From positions 1 through 51,261 of IMG/VR virus record IMGVR_UViG_3300046011_009473: 51,261 nt of DNA; one strand, given 5' to 3'. This document shows, piece after piece, positions 1-8,825 of this stretch. Position numbers and translations under genes: made by a program. The stretch comes from a virus (Duplodnaviria > Caudoviricetes). The notes under the pieces are model-generated. The model worked only from the letters and a program-made list of their open reading frames with translations. It made no database searches and was not told the origin of the DNA. Numbering within the stretch: position 1 is the first letter of the stretch; every line of letters begins with the position of its first letter.

Positions 1-606
1 ATAATATTTTGGAAAATTAATATCGATTGCTTCAAGTTCTTCAATAGTTGTACAAGTATTTATCTCCACTTCTTTATCGTTCGCGTAAGCAACGTATGAC
101 GTGCCGCGATCTGCAAGATGAGAAGAAATATTTTGTGCAACCGCTTGATCTAAAATAACGTAACCCTCGCGTCTATTTTGACCTTCGATAATTGTGCAGC
201 TATATTTTATAATGCTGCCCAATGATGCGCCAAAGATAATCGTGTTAGGCTCGGTTAATTGAATGCCAGTAGCTTCAACACTAAATTCAAAATAAACTTT
301 GTTTTCTTCGATTTCAGGCTTATCCCATTCGTAAGCTTTGCAAGCGGCGTAAGGTTTTCCCAAAGCTACGTTTCGATTGGCTTTTAATTGGGTTATTTTA
401 GTTGTTTTGGCTTGCTCTAACAAAACACTAGTAGGCGTTACATATTCTTGATAAACTCCGTCAATAACACACATTTGCTTTGAGCTGTCTTGTGCGTCAT
501 CTTCAATTTCAATAAATGGTTCAGGGATAGAAGCATAATTGATTGAATCAGGATAATAACCTTTTACTAAAGTTGTTTCTGTATCGTAATGTACTTTTAT
601 TGTCAT
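1..606 (-). CDS. Tail fibre assembly chaperone (Tfa/DUF4376-like); runs off the window start; absent from the ORF track
   Basis: Hand translation from ATG at 606: MTIKVHYDTETTLVKGYYPDSINYASIPEPFIEIE...AKTTKITQLKANRN...EINTCTTIEELEAIDINFPKY, no stop in window. Lies directly after the tail fibre. Confidence 0.8.
   Translation of the reverse strand, partial: MTIKVHYDTETTLVKGYYPDSINYASIPEPFIEIEDDAQDSSKQMCVIDGVYQEYVTPTSVLLEQAKTTKITQLKANRNVALGKPYAACKAYEWDKPEIEENKVYFEFSVEATGIQLTEPNTIIFGASLGSIIKYSCTIIEGQNRREGYVILDQAVAQNISSHLADRGTSYVAYANDKEVEINTCTTIEELEAIDINFPKYY
2..413. repeat. 412-bp direct repeat, copy 1 (copy 2 at 40436..40847)
   Basis: Manual alignment at offset 40434 gives 12 mismatches, all between 121 and 316; 2..120 and 317..413 are identical. 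Confidence 0.97.
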
Positions 607-624
607 TTTTTGTAGTGAGTTTAA

Positions 625-1719
625 TTAATATCCGATTGCAAGCCAAGCAGCTCCTGTATTCCCAGCGTTTCCCAAAGATCCATTATTTATTCTTAATACG
701 GAATTTGAGACTTTTGTTGTTCCAAGCGCATTGCCATCACCAGAATAAGCCGCTGCTGCTGGGCAACAAATTGCGATTAAAAAAGCTGTTGGAAAGGTGA
801 CGGGTAACGTAATATCTACGCTGCCACCAGCAGGGACAGCAGACGTGTAATTTCCAAGTTGCACAATCAATTTTTCAAAAATTCCATTACGTAATACTGG
901 AATATAAATCGCTCCCGGATTAGCCAGAGTTGAATTTGAAAATAGTGAAGCTATTGCCGCTGCTGTGGCTGCTCTTGTAGTATCAGTTGCAGCGGCTAAT
1001 TCTGCATTTGTTAATAACTCAACAAGACCAGCTAAAGAAGTAGATGCACTTTGCGAACCTACTACTGGGATATTCCCTGAAGAGTTTCCGACAACTCTTG
1101 CGGCTAAATCCGTAAGAGTGGCATTTAAAGCTTGCACACCTAAAAGGGTACGCATTGCCGCAGCAGTTGCTGTATTTACTAACTCCAGCCCAAGGGCGCT
1201 AAAAGCCGCCGCAGAAATATCCATTAAATTTCTCACTTCTAAATTATCTCCTGCGGCATTAACAATAACGGCTTTGCCTGCGTTTGCTAAATTGACGGGT
1301 ATTTCTAACTCCGTAAGTTGAGAACTTTTTGGTAAAAGAATTGAACGTGCAATATTCTCTTTGAGTTGAAGAGCCAAAAGCGTGAGTTTATCTAAAGCTT
1401 GTTCAAATGATTTGCCAGAAAATTGAGACGTACCTTGGTTTTGAATAGATGTGTTTTGCTCAAAATCCATATTTCGTAAAAGCGAAATCCCAAACCCCGC
1501 AGTTACCGCGTTGACCAGCGTGATATGTCCCAAACCAGTATCCGCATCGAGGCTGACAGCATAGTCTGTAGTAAGTGTTAAAACTTCTTCGACTCCGTTG
1601 AGATTCAAAACGATGACTTGGAGGTCTTGCTCATCGAGAATTTTAAAGGTGAAAGCATACTCTACGGCAGAGCCGTTAGAGACGTAATCATTTCTTGAAT
1701 TTTCATTTGTTACAGTCAT
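625..1719 (-). CDS. Tail fibre protein with T7 gp17-like N-terminal anchor
   Basis: N-terminus YVSNGSAVEYAFTFKILDEQDLQV...LTTDYAVS...FEQALDKLTLL. C-terminal VQLG...ITLPVTFPTA...WLAIGY tip. Followed by a chaperone. Confidence 0.88.
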   Translation of the reverse strand: MTVTNENSRNDYVSNGSAVEYAFTFKILDEQDLQVIVLNLNGVEEVLTLTTDYAVSLDADTGLGHITLVNAVTAGFGISLLRNMDFEQNTSIQNQGTSQFSGKSFEQALDKLTLLALQLKENIARSILLPKSSQLTELEIPVNLANAGKAVIVNAAGDNLEVRNLMDISAAAFSALGLELVNTATAAAMRTLLGVQALNATLTDLAARVVGNSSGNIPVVGSQSASTSLAGLVELLTNAELAAATDTTRAATAAAIASLFSNSTLANPGAIYIPVLRNGIFEKLIVQLGNYTSAVPAGGSVDITLPVTFPTAFLIAICCPAAAAYSGDGNALGTTKVSNSVLRINNGSLGNAGNTGAAWLAIGY

Positions 1720-1752
1720 GTTTTTAAAGAAAAATTTTATGATTCCTAAAAA

Positions 1753-4700
1753 TTACTCACTTTTTTCTGAATCGTCAAGCAGTGAAAATAGCCCGCGTAA
1801 ATAAAAAAGATTATTGTATGGCAACATTTTAATCGCCTTACGCTGGTCTGATTCTGTGTAATCACCATCACCTTTTATTTTACGAACCGTCGACGCCCCT
1901 AGATCTCCAAGGTCTTTAACCATGCCGATAGATGGGCCACCAGCACGACTGATTACGGCACTGCCGGGTTGGCGACTTGGCTCTCGGACTTCCAAAGCAT
2001 TGCCGATCCCAACGCCCATTAAGTCGGCATAACCATTCACTTCCATAATAATTGGCAAAAGTCCTGAGCGATCTACCCCTTCGTAAAGCCAAACATTTGG
2101 GTCGTCAGAAATCTCTTCGCCTTTAGTTATTTTCTGAAGATAAGATACAAGCATCCCCATTGTAACCATAGAAACTATGCCTTGCAATACTGCGGCGTCA
2201 GCTTGTTGCAGCCCGCGAATTAAAATCTGTTGGTTTGCCGCAAGTAAAAATGATTTGAATTGCAGAAAAGTTTTACCGATTTCAGTGTGTATTAAAGTCG
2301 GCACTTCCCCAATACCCCTAGTTATAATCGAACTATCAATGTCTAAGTTTAAAGCGTTGGACATAGCATCTACTGCGTCGCGACTTGTCCATTTTTCAAG
2401 GTTAAGGATGGTCAGCCCATTTATTTTAGTAGAATGATCTTGTAATTCCCCCACAATCTGTCTGACATTTTTTTCGTCGATCCCTAATAAAGCTAAATAG
2501 GCTCTACTTTTTTTTGTAATTGGGCTTTTACTTAAATCAACATCTTTTAACCCCTGCCCTAATTCAAAGTATTGATCTTCATATAATTTTGCAAGCTTGA
2601 CTACTTCTTCAGAAATTCTTTGCTGCGATATTACCGAAGCTATTTTTTTAGTCGCGTCTGTCCACACATTTAGTAAATTTAATTTACTCATGGTATCTAC
2701 TAAAGAAATCGACAGATTTTCCAATTTAGATTTAGAAGAATATGGGTTGCCAAAATCGCTCCAGCTGCTTGCTCTTGAGTGTAAAATTGCCTCAGAAGCT
2801 TGCCCTATGAAAGCCGTGTCTTTTGAAGCTAATTTAAACCCTTTCAAGTTGGTAATCAAAGGCTTTAACCCAGTGTTTAAAAATCTGCCAAGCCCGTGCC
2901 TAAAAATTAAATGAACTGGGTCTATTAAAGACGCTTGGACTACTGAACCCATTTTTTGGACATACGCCATATTGCGTGAAGTTCTTGCGACAGTCGGCCA
3001 AAAAGAATCTGGTCTATCCACGCGTCCGTAATTCCCCCGCACAATGTTTTTTAAATCCATGAGTGTTTGTTTGACTTCGCGTTCTTGCTTATCTAAACGC
3101 AAACGATCTTTTTCAGTTGGCGATTTTGCGCGCAAAACGTCATATTCATCTGAAATTTCGGCTTGGACTTTTTCTAAATTTAAATCTCCAAACCTTTTTG
3201 AAAGCTCTATGTCAGTGCCTAAAATTCTAGTGTAATCACGAGCAAGTTTTTCTACGTTTTGAACCGTCCAAGGTTTTAAATCAGAATGTTTAATAAAATT
3301 TAAAGTGCGCTCTTTTGCGGGGCCTCTGACTCCAATTTTCATATCATAAGGCATTATCACCCCTTGATGTTCTATGTTGCGGAGTTTTCTTACAAGTTCG
3401 TTAGTGATTTCTTCGGCATATGTTATCGGGTCATCTCCAAGAACAGCGTCAAATTTAATTCGGCGTTCTGAAATTTTGCCGTCAATTTCAGCTAATCTTT
3501 TTTTCAAAACTGAAATTTCTTTTTTTAGCAAAATATCTTTAAAAGATTTGCCGCCGATCTGAGTTTCGCGCAGCGTTTTAGCGTCTTTAATTTTACCAAT
3601 GTCAATACCGAAATCGCCGACTTGATTTAAAAATTCTTTTGCTTGTTGGATTTTATCCACATCATCTAAATCTTTTGCTGTGTAGCGAATATCCACGCCG
3701 TCGAGTTCATCTTCTAAAGCCGCTAAAAAATCCATAGTTTTTGGTGGCGCGTCGTACTCGGGAAAATACCCTTCGCGCCAAGCGTGGTCAATGATAGTCT
3801 TCATATCTGAATTAACTTTTTCGCCGTTAATGTCAGAAATTTTTTCTTTTGCAGTAACGCCATTTGGTTTTCTATTTCGCGCAGAAAAAAGAGCATTAAC
3901 CCTGCCGGATTTATCAAAAATTCCTCCGCGCGAACGGATAAAATCAGTCAGATTTTTTGGCTTAGCTTCTTCTCGGATCGTTTTTGCTGCAGCTTTATAT
4001 GAGTCTAAAATTCTAACTAGGTCCTCATCTTTTAAAGGAGTGTCGCCAGCGGCTTGCGAAAATAAAGTCTCTGATCTTCTCTCGGCTTTACCTTTAGCTT
4101 TTGCCGCAAGTTCGTTTTGATCTTTTATATCTCCAAGTTCTTTTTCTAAAATTTTTATTTGGTTAAAAGTTGCTTGAGATTTTGCAGTTAAAGACGCTTG
4201 CCGATCAGCGTGATCTTTTTGGATTTTCGGTATCAAATTTTCTTCAACTTGTTTTGCTATAAACTTGCGAAACTCTGGCTCTTGTGCAATTATCTTATTT
4301 CGGTCATACTGGATCATCAAGTAGCTGGTGGCATTTTCGATCGAAACATCTTCGTCAAAAATTCCAGCCTCAATCCCTTTTTTTCTAATTGGTTCAAAAA
4401 CATTTTTACGATAAGATTTAGCAGTGGCTTCCACTTCCGGTATCTCATGAACGTCGCCGCTGATTAAAGCACCATAAACCTTAGAGTTAAATTCATCATG
4501 GCGCAGCATAGTTGCTTTGATATTGAATGGAGCGGTGAATTTATTTTTGCCTTGCTGTTCTAAAAGACCGTCGCTGAATTTTTTATAATTTGTCCGACCC
4601 TCTTTTATGGCGCGAGCCAAACCCGCGTCGTAAAGCTTCAACGCGTTTTCGGTAGAAATAGCGTTAGCGATGCCGCCTTCAATATTCTTATTGGTGAACA

Positions 4701-5775
4701 TATTATTTTTAACCAAGCCCTGCATGGCGCGTTTGCCAAGCACTCCATCAGTGTTTAAGATTTCCTGAATCGGGCTTAGTTTCCTAGAGAAAAATGCAAC
4801 TGCTCCAGCAATCTTACCTTTACCTGCATAAAGTGCTTCGTCTTGGGCAGAAGTTCTTTGACTACGTGGGATCGGAGACCGCATCGCCCCAACGCTGCCT
4901 TGCATAAACTCCCCGTCTCTCTCGCTTTGTAGTAAATCCCCTTTTTCGTTGAAACCAAAAACGGGTCCTTCGTCTTGAATATTTTTTTGAGTTTCTAAAG
5001 CCAATTTATCAAATTTTTCTTTAGAAAGTAAGCTTGCAGCCCCACCGAGAATGCCCGATAGAACTGTACCCGCAGCGATATTTACTGTAGACTCTTTGGC
5101 AGTTCTTGTAATCTGATCGGCTTGAAGGGCTGCTTCAGAAACACTTGTCGAAAGAAAACCAGCGGCTGCGGTTTTACCCGCACCTGCGAAAAATTTACCA
5201 GCTTTCACGGCTCTATAGGCTTGTCCTCCGATTGGTAGAAAGTTGACTGGATCTAGCGGTAAAGTTAAAACCCCAGCCACTAAACTAGCTGCTATGGAAG
5301 ATGAAGCCAGCGTGTCCCGCACTGCATTTTCTCTATCAATCTTACGCTTAAGTCGAATGGTGTCTTCAGGTCCATTGGCATCTAAAAAGTACTCCCAATG
5401 CTGTTCATATTCAGTGCCTTTAATCTCAGGGTATGCGTTGTAATTTGGGTTCTCTTTTTCCACTAAATACTCGCCGTTAAGCAATTTTGCCGCGTAGTTT
5501 GCCACTGGTGTATCTAGTAAAGCTGCGCCAAGAGTTTCGATAAACGGAATTTTTTCAGGCGCTGGTGGGTTAGCTCTTTCGGTCAACATTTTTTGAGTGT
5601 TGACAATTCTGTTATATACTTTTTCCGAATCCCCAAATAGTGCCTTTTGCAACACGACTCTTGACGGTGTTTGGGAGTTTGGTGTTAAGTCACCACTCAA
5701 AAAATTATCGTTATCTTGCGAGGTTTCTAAATTATCTACTTTTACTGAATCAAGTTCTTGAAAATTTTTAGTCAT
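1753..5775 (-). CDS. Large internal virion/ejection protein (gp16-like position)
   Basis: 1340 aa, helical; last of three core-protein genes before the tail fibre; C-terminal FLQFKSF...GVDRSG...LPYNNLFY pattern typical of podovirus ejection proteins. Confidence 0.75.
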   Translation of the reverse strand: MTKNFQELDSVKVDNLETSQDNDNFLSGDLTPNSQTPSRVVLQKALFGDSEKVYNRIVNTQKMLTERANPPAPEKIPFIETLGAALLDTPVANYAAKLLNGEYLVEKENPNYNAYPEIKGTEYEQHWEYFLDANGPEDTIRLKRKIDRENAVRDTLASSSIAASLVAGVLTLPLDPVNFLPIGGQAYRAVKAGKFFAGAGKTAAAGFLSTSVSEAALQADQITRTAKESTVNIAAGTVLSGILGGAASLLSKEKFDKLALETQKNIQDEGPVFGFNEKGDLLQSERDGEFMQGSVGAMRSPIPRSQRTSAQDEALYAGKGKIAGAVAFFSRKLSPIQEILNTDGVLGKRAMQGLVKNNMFTNKNIEGGIANAISTENALKLYDAGLARAIKEGRTNYKKFSDGLLEQQGKNKFTAPFNIKATMLRHDEFNSKVYGALISGDVHEIPEVEATAKSYRKNVFEPIRKKGIEAGIFDEDVSIENATSYLMIQYDRNKIIAQEPEFRKFIAKQVEENLIPKIQKDHADRQASLTAKSQATFNQIKILEKELGDIKDQNELAAKAKGKAERRSETLFSQAAGDTPLKDEDLVRILDSYKAAAKTIREEAKPKNLTDFIRSRGGIFDKSGRVNALFSARNRKPNGVTAKEKISDINGEKVNSDMKTIIDHAWREGYFPEYDAPPKTMDFLAALEDELDGVDIRYTAKDLDDVDKIQQAKEFLNQVGDFGIDIGKIKDAKTLRETQIGGKSFKDILLKKEISVLKKRLAEIDGKISERRIKFDAVLGDDPITYAEEITNELVRKLRNIEHQGVIMPYDMKIGVRGPAKERTLNFIKHSDLKPWTVQNVEKLARDYTRILGTDIELSKRFGDLNLEKVQAEISDEYDVLRAKSPTEKDRLRLDKQEREVKQTLMDLKNIVRGNYGRVDRPDSFWPTVARTSRNMAYVQKMGSVVQASLIDPVHLIFRHGLGRFLNTGLKPLITNLKGFKLASKDTAFIGQASEAILHSRASSWSDFGNPYSSKSKLENLSISLVDTMSKLNLLNVWTDATKKIASVISQQRISEEVVKLAKLYEDQYFELGQGLKDVDLSKSPITKKSRAYLALLGIDEKNVRQIVGELQDHSTKINGLTILNLEKWTSRDAVDAMSNALNLDIDSSIITRGIGEVPTLIHTEIGKTFLQFKSFLLAANQQILIRGLQQADAAVLQGIVSMVTMGMLVSYLQKITKGEEISDDPNVWLYEGVDRSGLLPIIMEVNGYADLMGVGIGNALEVREPSRQPGSAVISRAGGPSIGMVKDLGDLGASTVRKIKGDGDYTESDQRKAIKMLPYNNLFYLRGLFSLLDDSEKSE

Positions 5776-7898
5776 TATTTAAAAGCCTCCCCGCCGATTA
5801 AACTCGCTGCTCGAACTTTGCTAGGAGAAAGTTTTAACTTAGCTTCTTCTCTTTGCTTTGCTTTTTGATAAAGTCCTTCAGCATAAACTTCTGGGGTTAC
5901 ACTTAAAGCTTTCCTTGCTGAATAAGACTTTGCATATTCTTCAGTCTTTGTGAAATCTGGTGTAAAGCGAAGGGGTTGATTGTCCTTACCTAAAATCACT
6001 TCTTTGAGACCAAATTCATCTACTGATCGAGAAATTAAATAGCTTGGGAAACCTGTGGAAACTGAATCTGGGTCAACTACTAATTCAATTTGAGAATTAA
6101 TTTCTTCGGGGGTTTTACCTGCAAAAAAATTAGGACGCTCAAGTTTGTCAGCAATAAATACGCCTTCACCGAGAGCCGATGTTTTCACACCACTCTTAAA
6201 TCTTTGCCCTTCAAATTTAGAAACCCGTTTTGCGTATCTTGCAGCGTCTGCTTCGGTTTCAAAAACCCCTAGATTCTGCCCAGTTTTTTGATAGTACCGA
6301 ATAGCTTCTGCGTTGGTCATGCGTTTACCATCTTGGATAGTTGGAATCAAAACTATGTTGCCGTCTTGTTCAATTGAAATGCTCTTTAAAGGCGAAATAG
6401 TTCCGTCTTCATTTTTTAGCGGAATTCTTTTTGACAAGTCAATGTTACCGCGTTCGATTAAGCCTAAAGGCTGAGATTCAATATCAGGTTTACCTGAAAG
6501 AGTATCAAGTAATTGGGATTTAATCCATTTGGTTGAAGATCCATATGGGTACATGGCTTCTGGAGCATATTTTTGCAGTTTAGGTTTTCCTCCGATGTCT
6601 GTCATTTTCCATTGCGATTTTATGACTGATGCGGCATGCGCCGTAGCGTCTTCGTAGCTCGCCCCCGTATTCATGTAGAACTCTTTGGTCAAATACTCGT
6701 ATTGACCAATAAGAGCGTCAGGAACTTCAGCGGACTTGCGACTCCAAGGTATGTCGGAGATTTCATTTTTTAAATTTTCGATACTCTTTTCGCGCAATTG
6801 TCTAGTGTTGTCCATTTGAAAAGTCTGCTCTCGTCTAGTACGTTCTAAATCTTTATTTTCTTTCAAATTCTGTTCTGAAAAAAGTACAGCTTGTTCTGGC
6901 GATATTCCAGCCTCAATGCTTCGGTTAATGCTTAACGCCTGCACTTGGACAGTTTGTGGGAAAGCTGAGATTGCACGCGGGTTCTTCATAATTAATTGAG
7001 AAACTATTTCAGCCGCTTTAACTTTTTGTTGCACATTCCCCGCAAATAAATTCCCAGAGACTCCTGATACTAATTGGGCTGGTACAATGCCAGTCCGCGC
7101 AGAAAGCTCAATAGCTTGGGCTTGTAGATTTGGGTCGTTAGATTTAATCATGCGACTAAACGCTCCATTCACTAATGCTTTATCTTTAGCGTTGTTTGGA
7201 TCCGCGAAAGCTGAACCATCAAGATAAGCATTTAATGCCATTCTTTGGGCGGTTTCAGCATCTCTTGCCGCGCTAATCCTTTTAAGTTTATCTTGGTAAC
7301 TGTCAATAAAGTTGTAGTCTATGTAGCGAGAAGCTAACCCAGTTTTTAAAGTGGATTCAATCTCTTTTTGGAGTTGCCCGATTTTAGCCGAGTTGTAAGT
7401 TTTTCCTAACTCCTCTCCGATTTTATCTAGTTTAGTTGTGATAACATGTTGACCGTACTCAGCTTCTTTCGTTAATTGGTAACGGTTAAATTTATCTTTA
7501 AGCTGAACGGCTTGCGTGTTGGCGCTACGCATAGCTAAGTCTTTTACCACTGGGTCTTGCTCATTTGCCAATAGCTCTTCAATTTTTTTCTGACGCGCAA
7601 CTTGTAACTTATCTGACATGCCTTGAAATGCACTCGGTGTCGAAGGCATTTGCTGCGCTTGCAGTTCAAAATCATTATCAATGCCTTGAATCTGTGTTGA
7701 GTAATCCATGGCTTTTGCAGATTGCAAAGCTTGAGTCCTGCGGGTTTCAAAAGCCATTCGCTCTGCTGAAACTTGCATTCCGACTTGACCTAACTCGGAA
7801 ATGGCGTTGCCGATCGCAGTAGGGTTGATTGGGGCTACCGATGTCGGGGTTGCTTGAGGTGCTACTCTTGCCCCCGGTGAAAGTGGAATTGCTACCAT
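5775..7898 (-). CDS. Internal virion/ejection protein (gp15-like position)
   Basis: 707 aa, Ala/Gln-rich helical N-terminus, translationally coupled to both neighbours, syntenic position. Confidence 0.7.
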   Translation of the reverse strand: MVAIPLSPGARVAPQATPTSVAPINPTAIGNAISELGQVGMQVSAERMAFETRRTQALQSAKAMDYSTQIQGIDNDFELQAQQMPSTPSAFQGMSDKLQVARQKKIEELLANEQDPVVKDLAMRSANTQAVQLKDKFNRYQLTKEAEYGQHVITTKLDKIGEELGKTYNSAKIGQLQKEIESTLKTGLASRYIDYNFIDSYQDKLKRISAARDAETAQRMALNAYLDGSAFADPNNAKDKALVNGAFSRMIKSNDPNLQAQAIELSARTGIVPAQLVSGVSGNLFAGNVQQKVKAAEIVSQLIMKNPRAISAFPQTVQVQALSINRSIEAGISPEQAVLFSEQNLKENKDLERTRREQTFQMDNTRQLREKSIENLKNEISDIPWSRKSAEVPDALIGQYEYLTKEFYMNTGASYEDATAHAASVIKSQWKMTDIGGKPKLQKYAPEAMYPYGSSTKWIKSQLLDTLSGKPDIESQPLGLIERGNIDLSKRIPLKNEDGTISPLKSISIEQDGNIVLIPTIQDGKRMTNAEAIRYYQKTGQNLGVFETEADAARYAKRVSKFEGQRFKSGVKTSALGEGVFIADKLERPNFFAGKTPEEINSQIELVVDPDSVSTGFPSYLISRSVDEFGLKEVILGKDNQPLRFTPDFTKTEEYAKSYSARKALSVTPEVYAEGLYQKAKQREEAKLKLSPSKVRAASLIGGEAFK

Positions 7899-8383
7899 TA
7901 TTGACCCCCCGAATTTGCGCCTAAGACAGTTCTAAAAGTAGGGTTTTGTGACTGTTTATATGACCCGTAAGCTTTACCCGCAGATCCTACCGCGCCAATA
8001 ATGCTTGAAGTAAGTGCATTGCGACCCGCTTTTTTAGTTTCTTTTGCTGCGGAACGCAATTGAGAAACTTTTTGAGCAGTATTACTACGAATATTCGCTA
8101 TTTCTGTTTCTTTATCCCGGATAGTTTGGTCAAGAATTAGCAAAGGTGAGCCTTCTAATTCGCGACCAGAAGCTGCAAAACTTAATTTTTGCTCACCTAA
8201 AAGAGTGTCAAAATCTCGCGCAGTTTGCATTTCTTGAAACGCTCCTGCGGCTTGTTCAGCGTCGGCTTGGTTGTCATAAATGCCAGCTTGTTTCTTTGCT
8301 GTTTTGTTTGCCCCGATGCCTGAATAAATCCCCCCGCCAACTGACATCGCTGCGGAAGCTATCATTACTGTTTCAACGCCCAT
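7898..8383 (-). CDS. Small internal virion protein (gp14-like)
   Basis: Gly/Ala-rich hydrophobic termini (AAMSVGGGIYSGIGA), central AASGRELEGSPL motif, synteny. Confidence 0.75.
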   Translation of the reverse strand: MGVETVMIASAAMSVGGGIYSGIGANKTAKKQAGIYDNQADAEQAAGAFQEMQTARDFDTLLGEQKLSFAASGRELEGSPLLILDQTIRDKETEIANIRSNTAQKVSQLRSAAKETKKAGRNALTSSIIGAVGSAGKAYGSYKQSQNPTFRTVLGANSGGQ

Positions 8384-8387
8384 ATCT

Positions 8388-8825
8388 TTAATTATCGTAA
8401 AATTTTGCGTAAAAAAACAAATCGGTTTTATCCGCTTTAACTTGTTTCAAAATTGATTCTTTTTTAAAGCCTAAAAACTCAATCCATTTAACAAATTCAG
8501 GCTCGATCGTAGTTTGAATCCGGTGCAGTTTAAAATCCTTTGCGTGTTTTTCAAGCAAATGTTTTATCGTTTTGCAAGTGAATATTTTATGTGTGTCACA
8601 ATATATGCTTGGCACTACCCATACATGCCCGACTCCCGCATTAACTCGCTTTAACCCACAACTAAAAATAACTCTATCGTCGATCAAACACGTAACGCCC
8701 TTCTCGCCGCTGTCTTCATAGATAAAAATTTCGTTTTTTAGCTCCGCCAAACTCGAATATTTAATTTTATGGTTAATTAAATCCACGTGGTCGATGGCGA
8801 AAGGGATTATTTTTACGTTAAGCAT
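8388..8825 (-). CDS. GNAT-fold acetyltransferase-like virion assembly protein (T7 gp13 position)
   Basis: GVGHVWV...LHRIQTTI...KWIEFLGFKKE pattern; lies between the nozzle and core genes. Confidence 0.7.
   Translation of the reverse strand: MLNVKIIPFAIDHVDLINHKIKYSSLAELKNEIFIYEDSGEKGVTCLIDDRVIFSCGLKRVNAGVGHVWVVPSIYCDTHKIFTCKTIKHLLEKHAKDFKLHRIQTTIEPEFVKWIEFLGFKKESILKQVKADKTDLFFYAKFYDN

Noticed and set aside
2-413. Diversity-generating retroelement TR/VR pair
   Set aside because: The 12 differences are not adenine-specific on either strand, 10 are synonymous, and there is no reverse transcriptase in the window.
2-413. True direct terminal repeat of a linear genome
   Set aside because: The copies are only 97% identical, lie inside a coding sequence, and one continues into 10 kb of other phage DNA.
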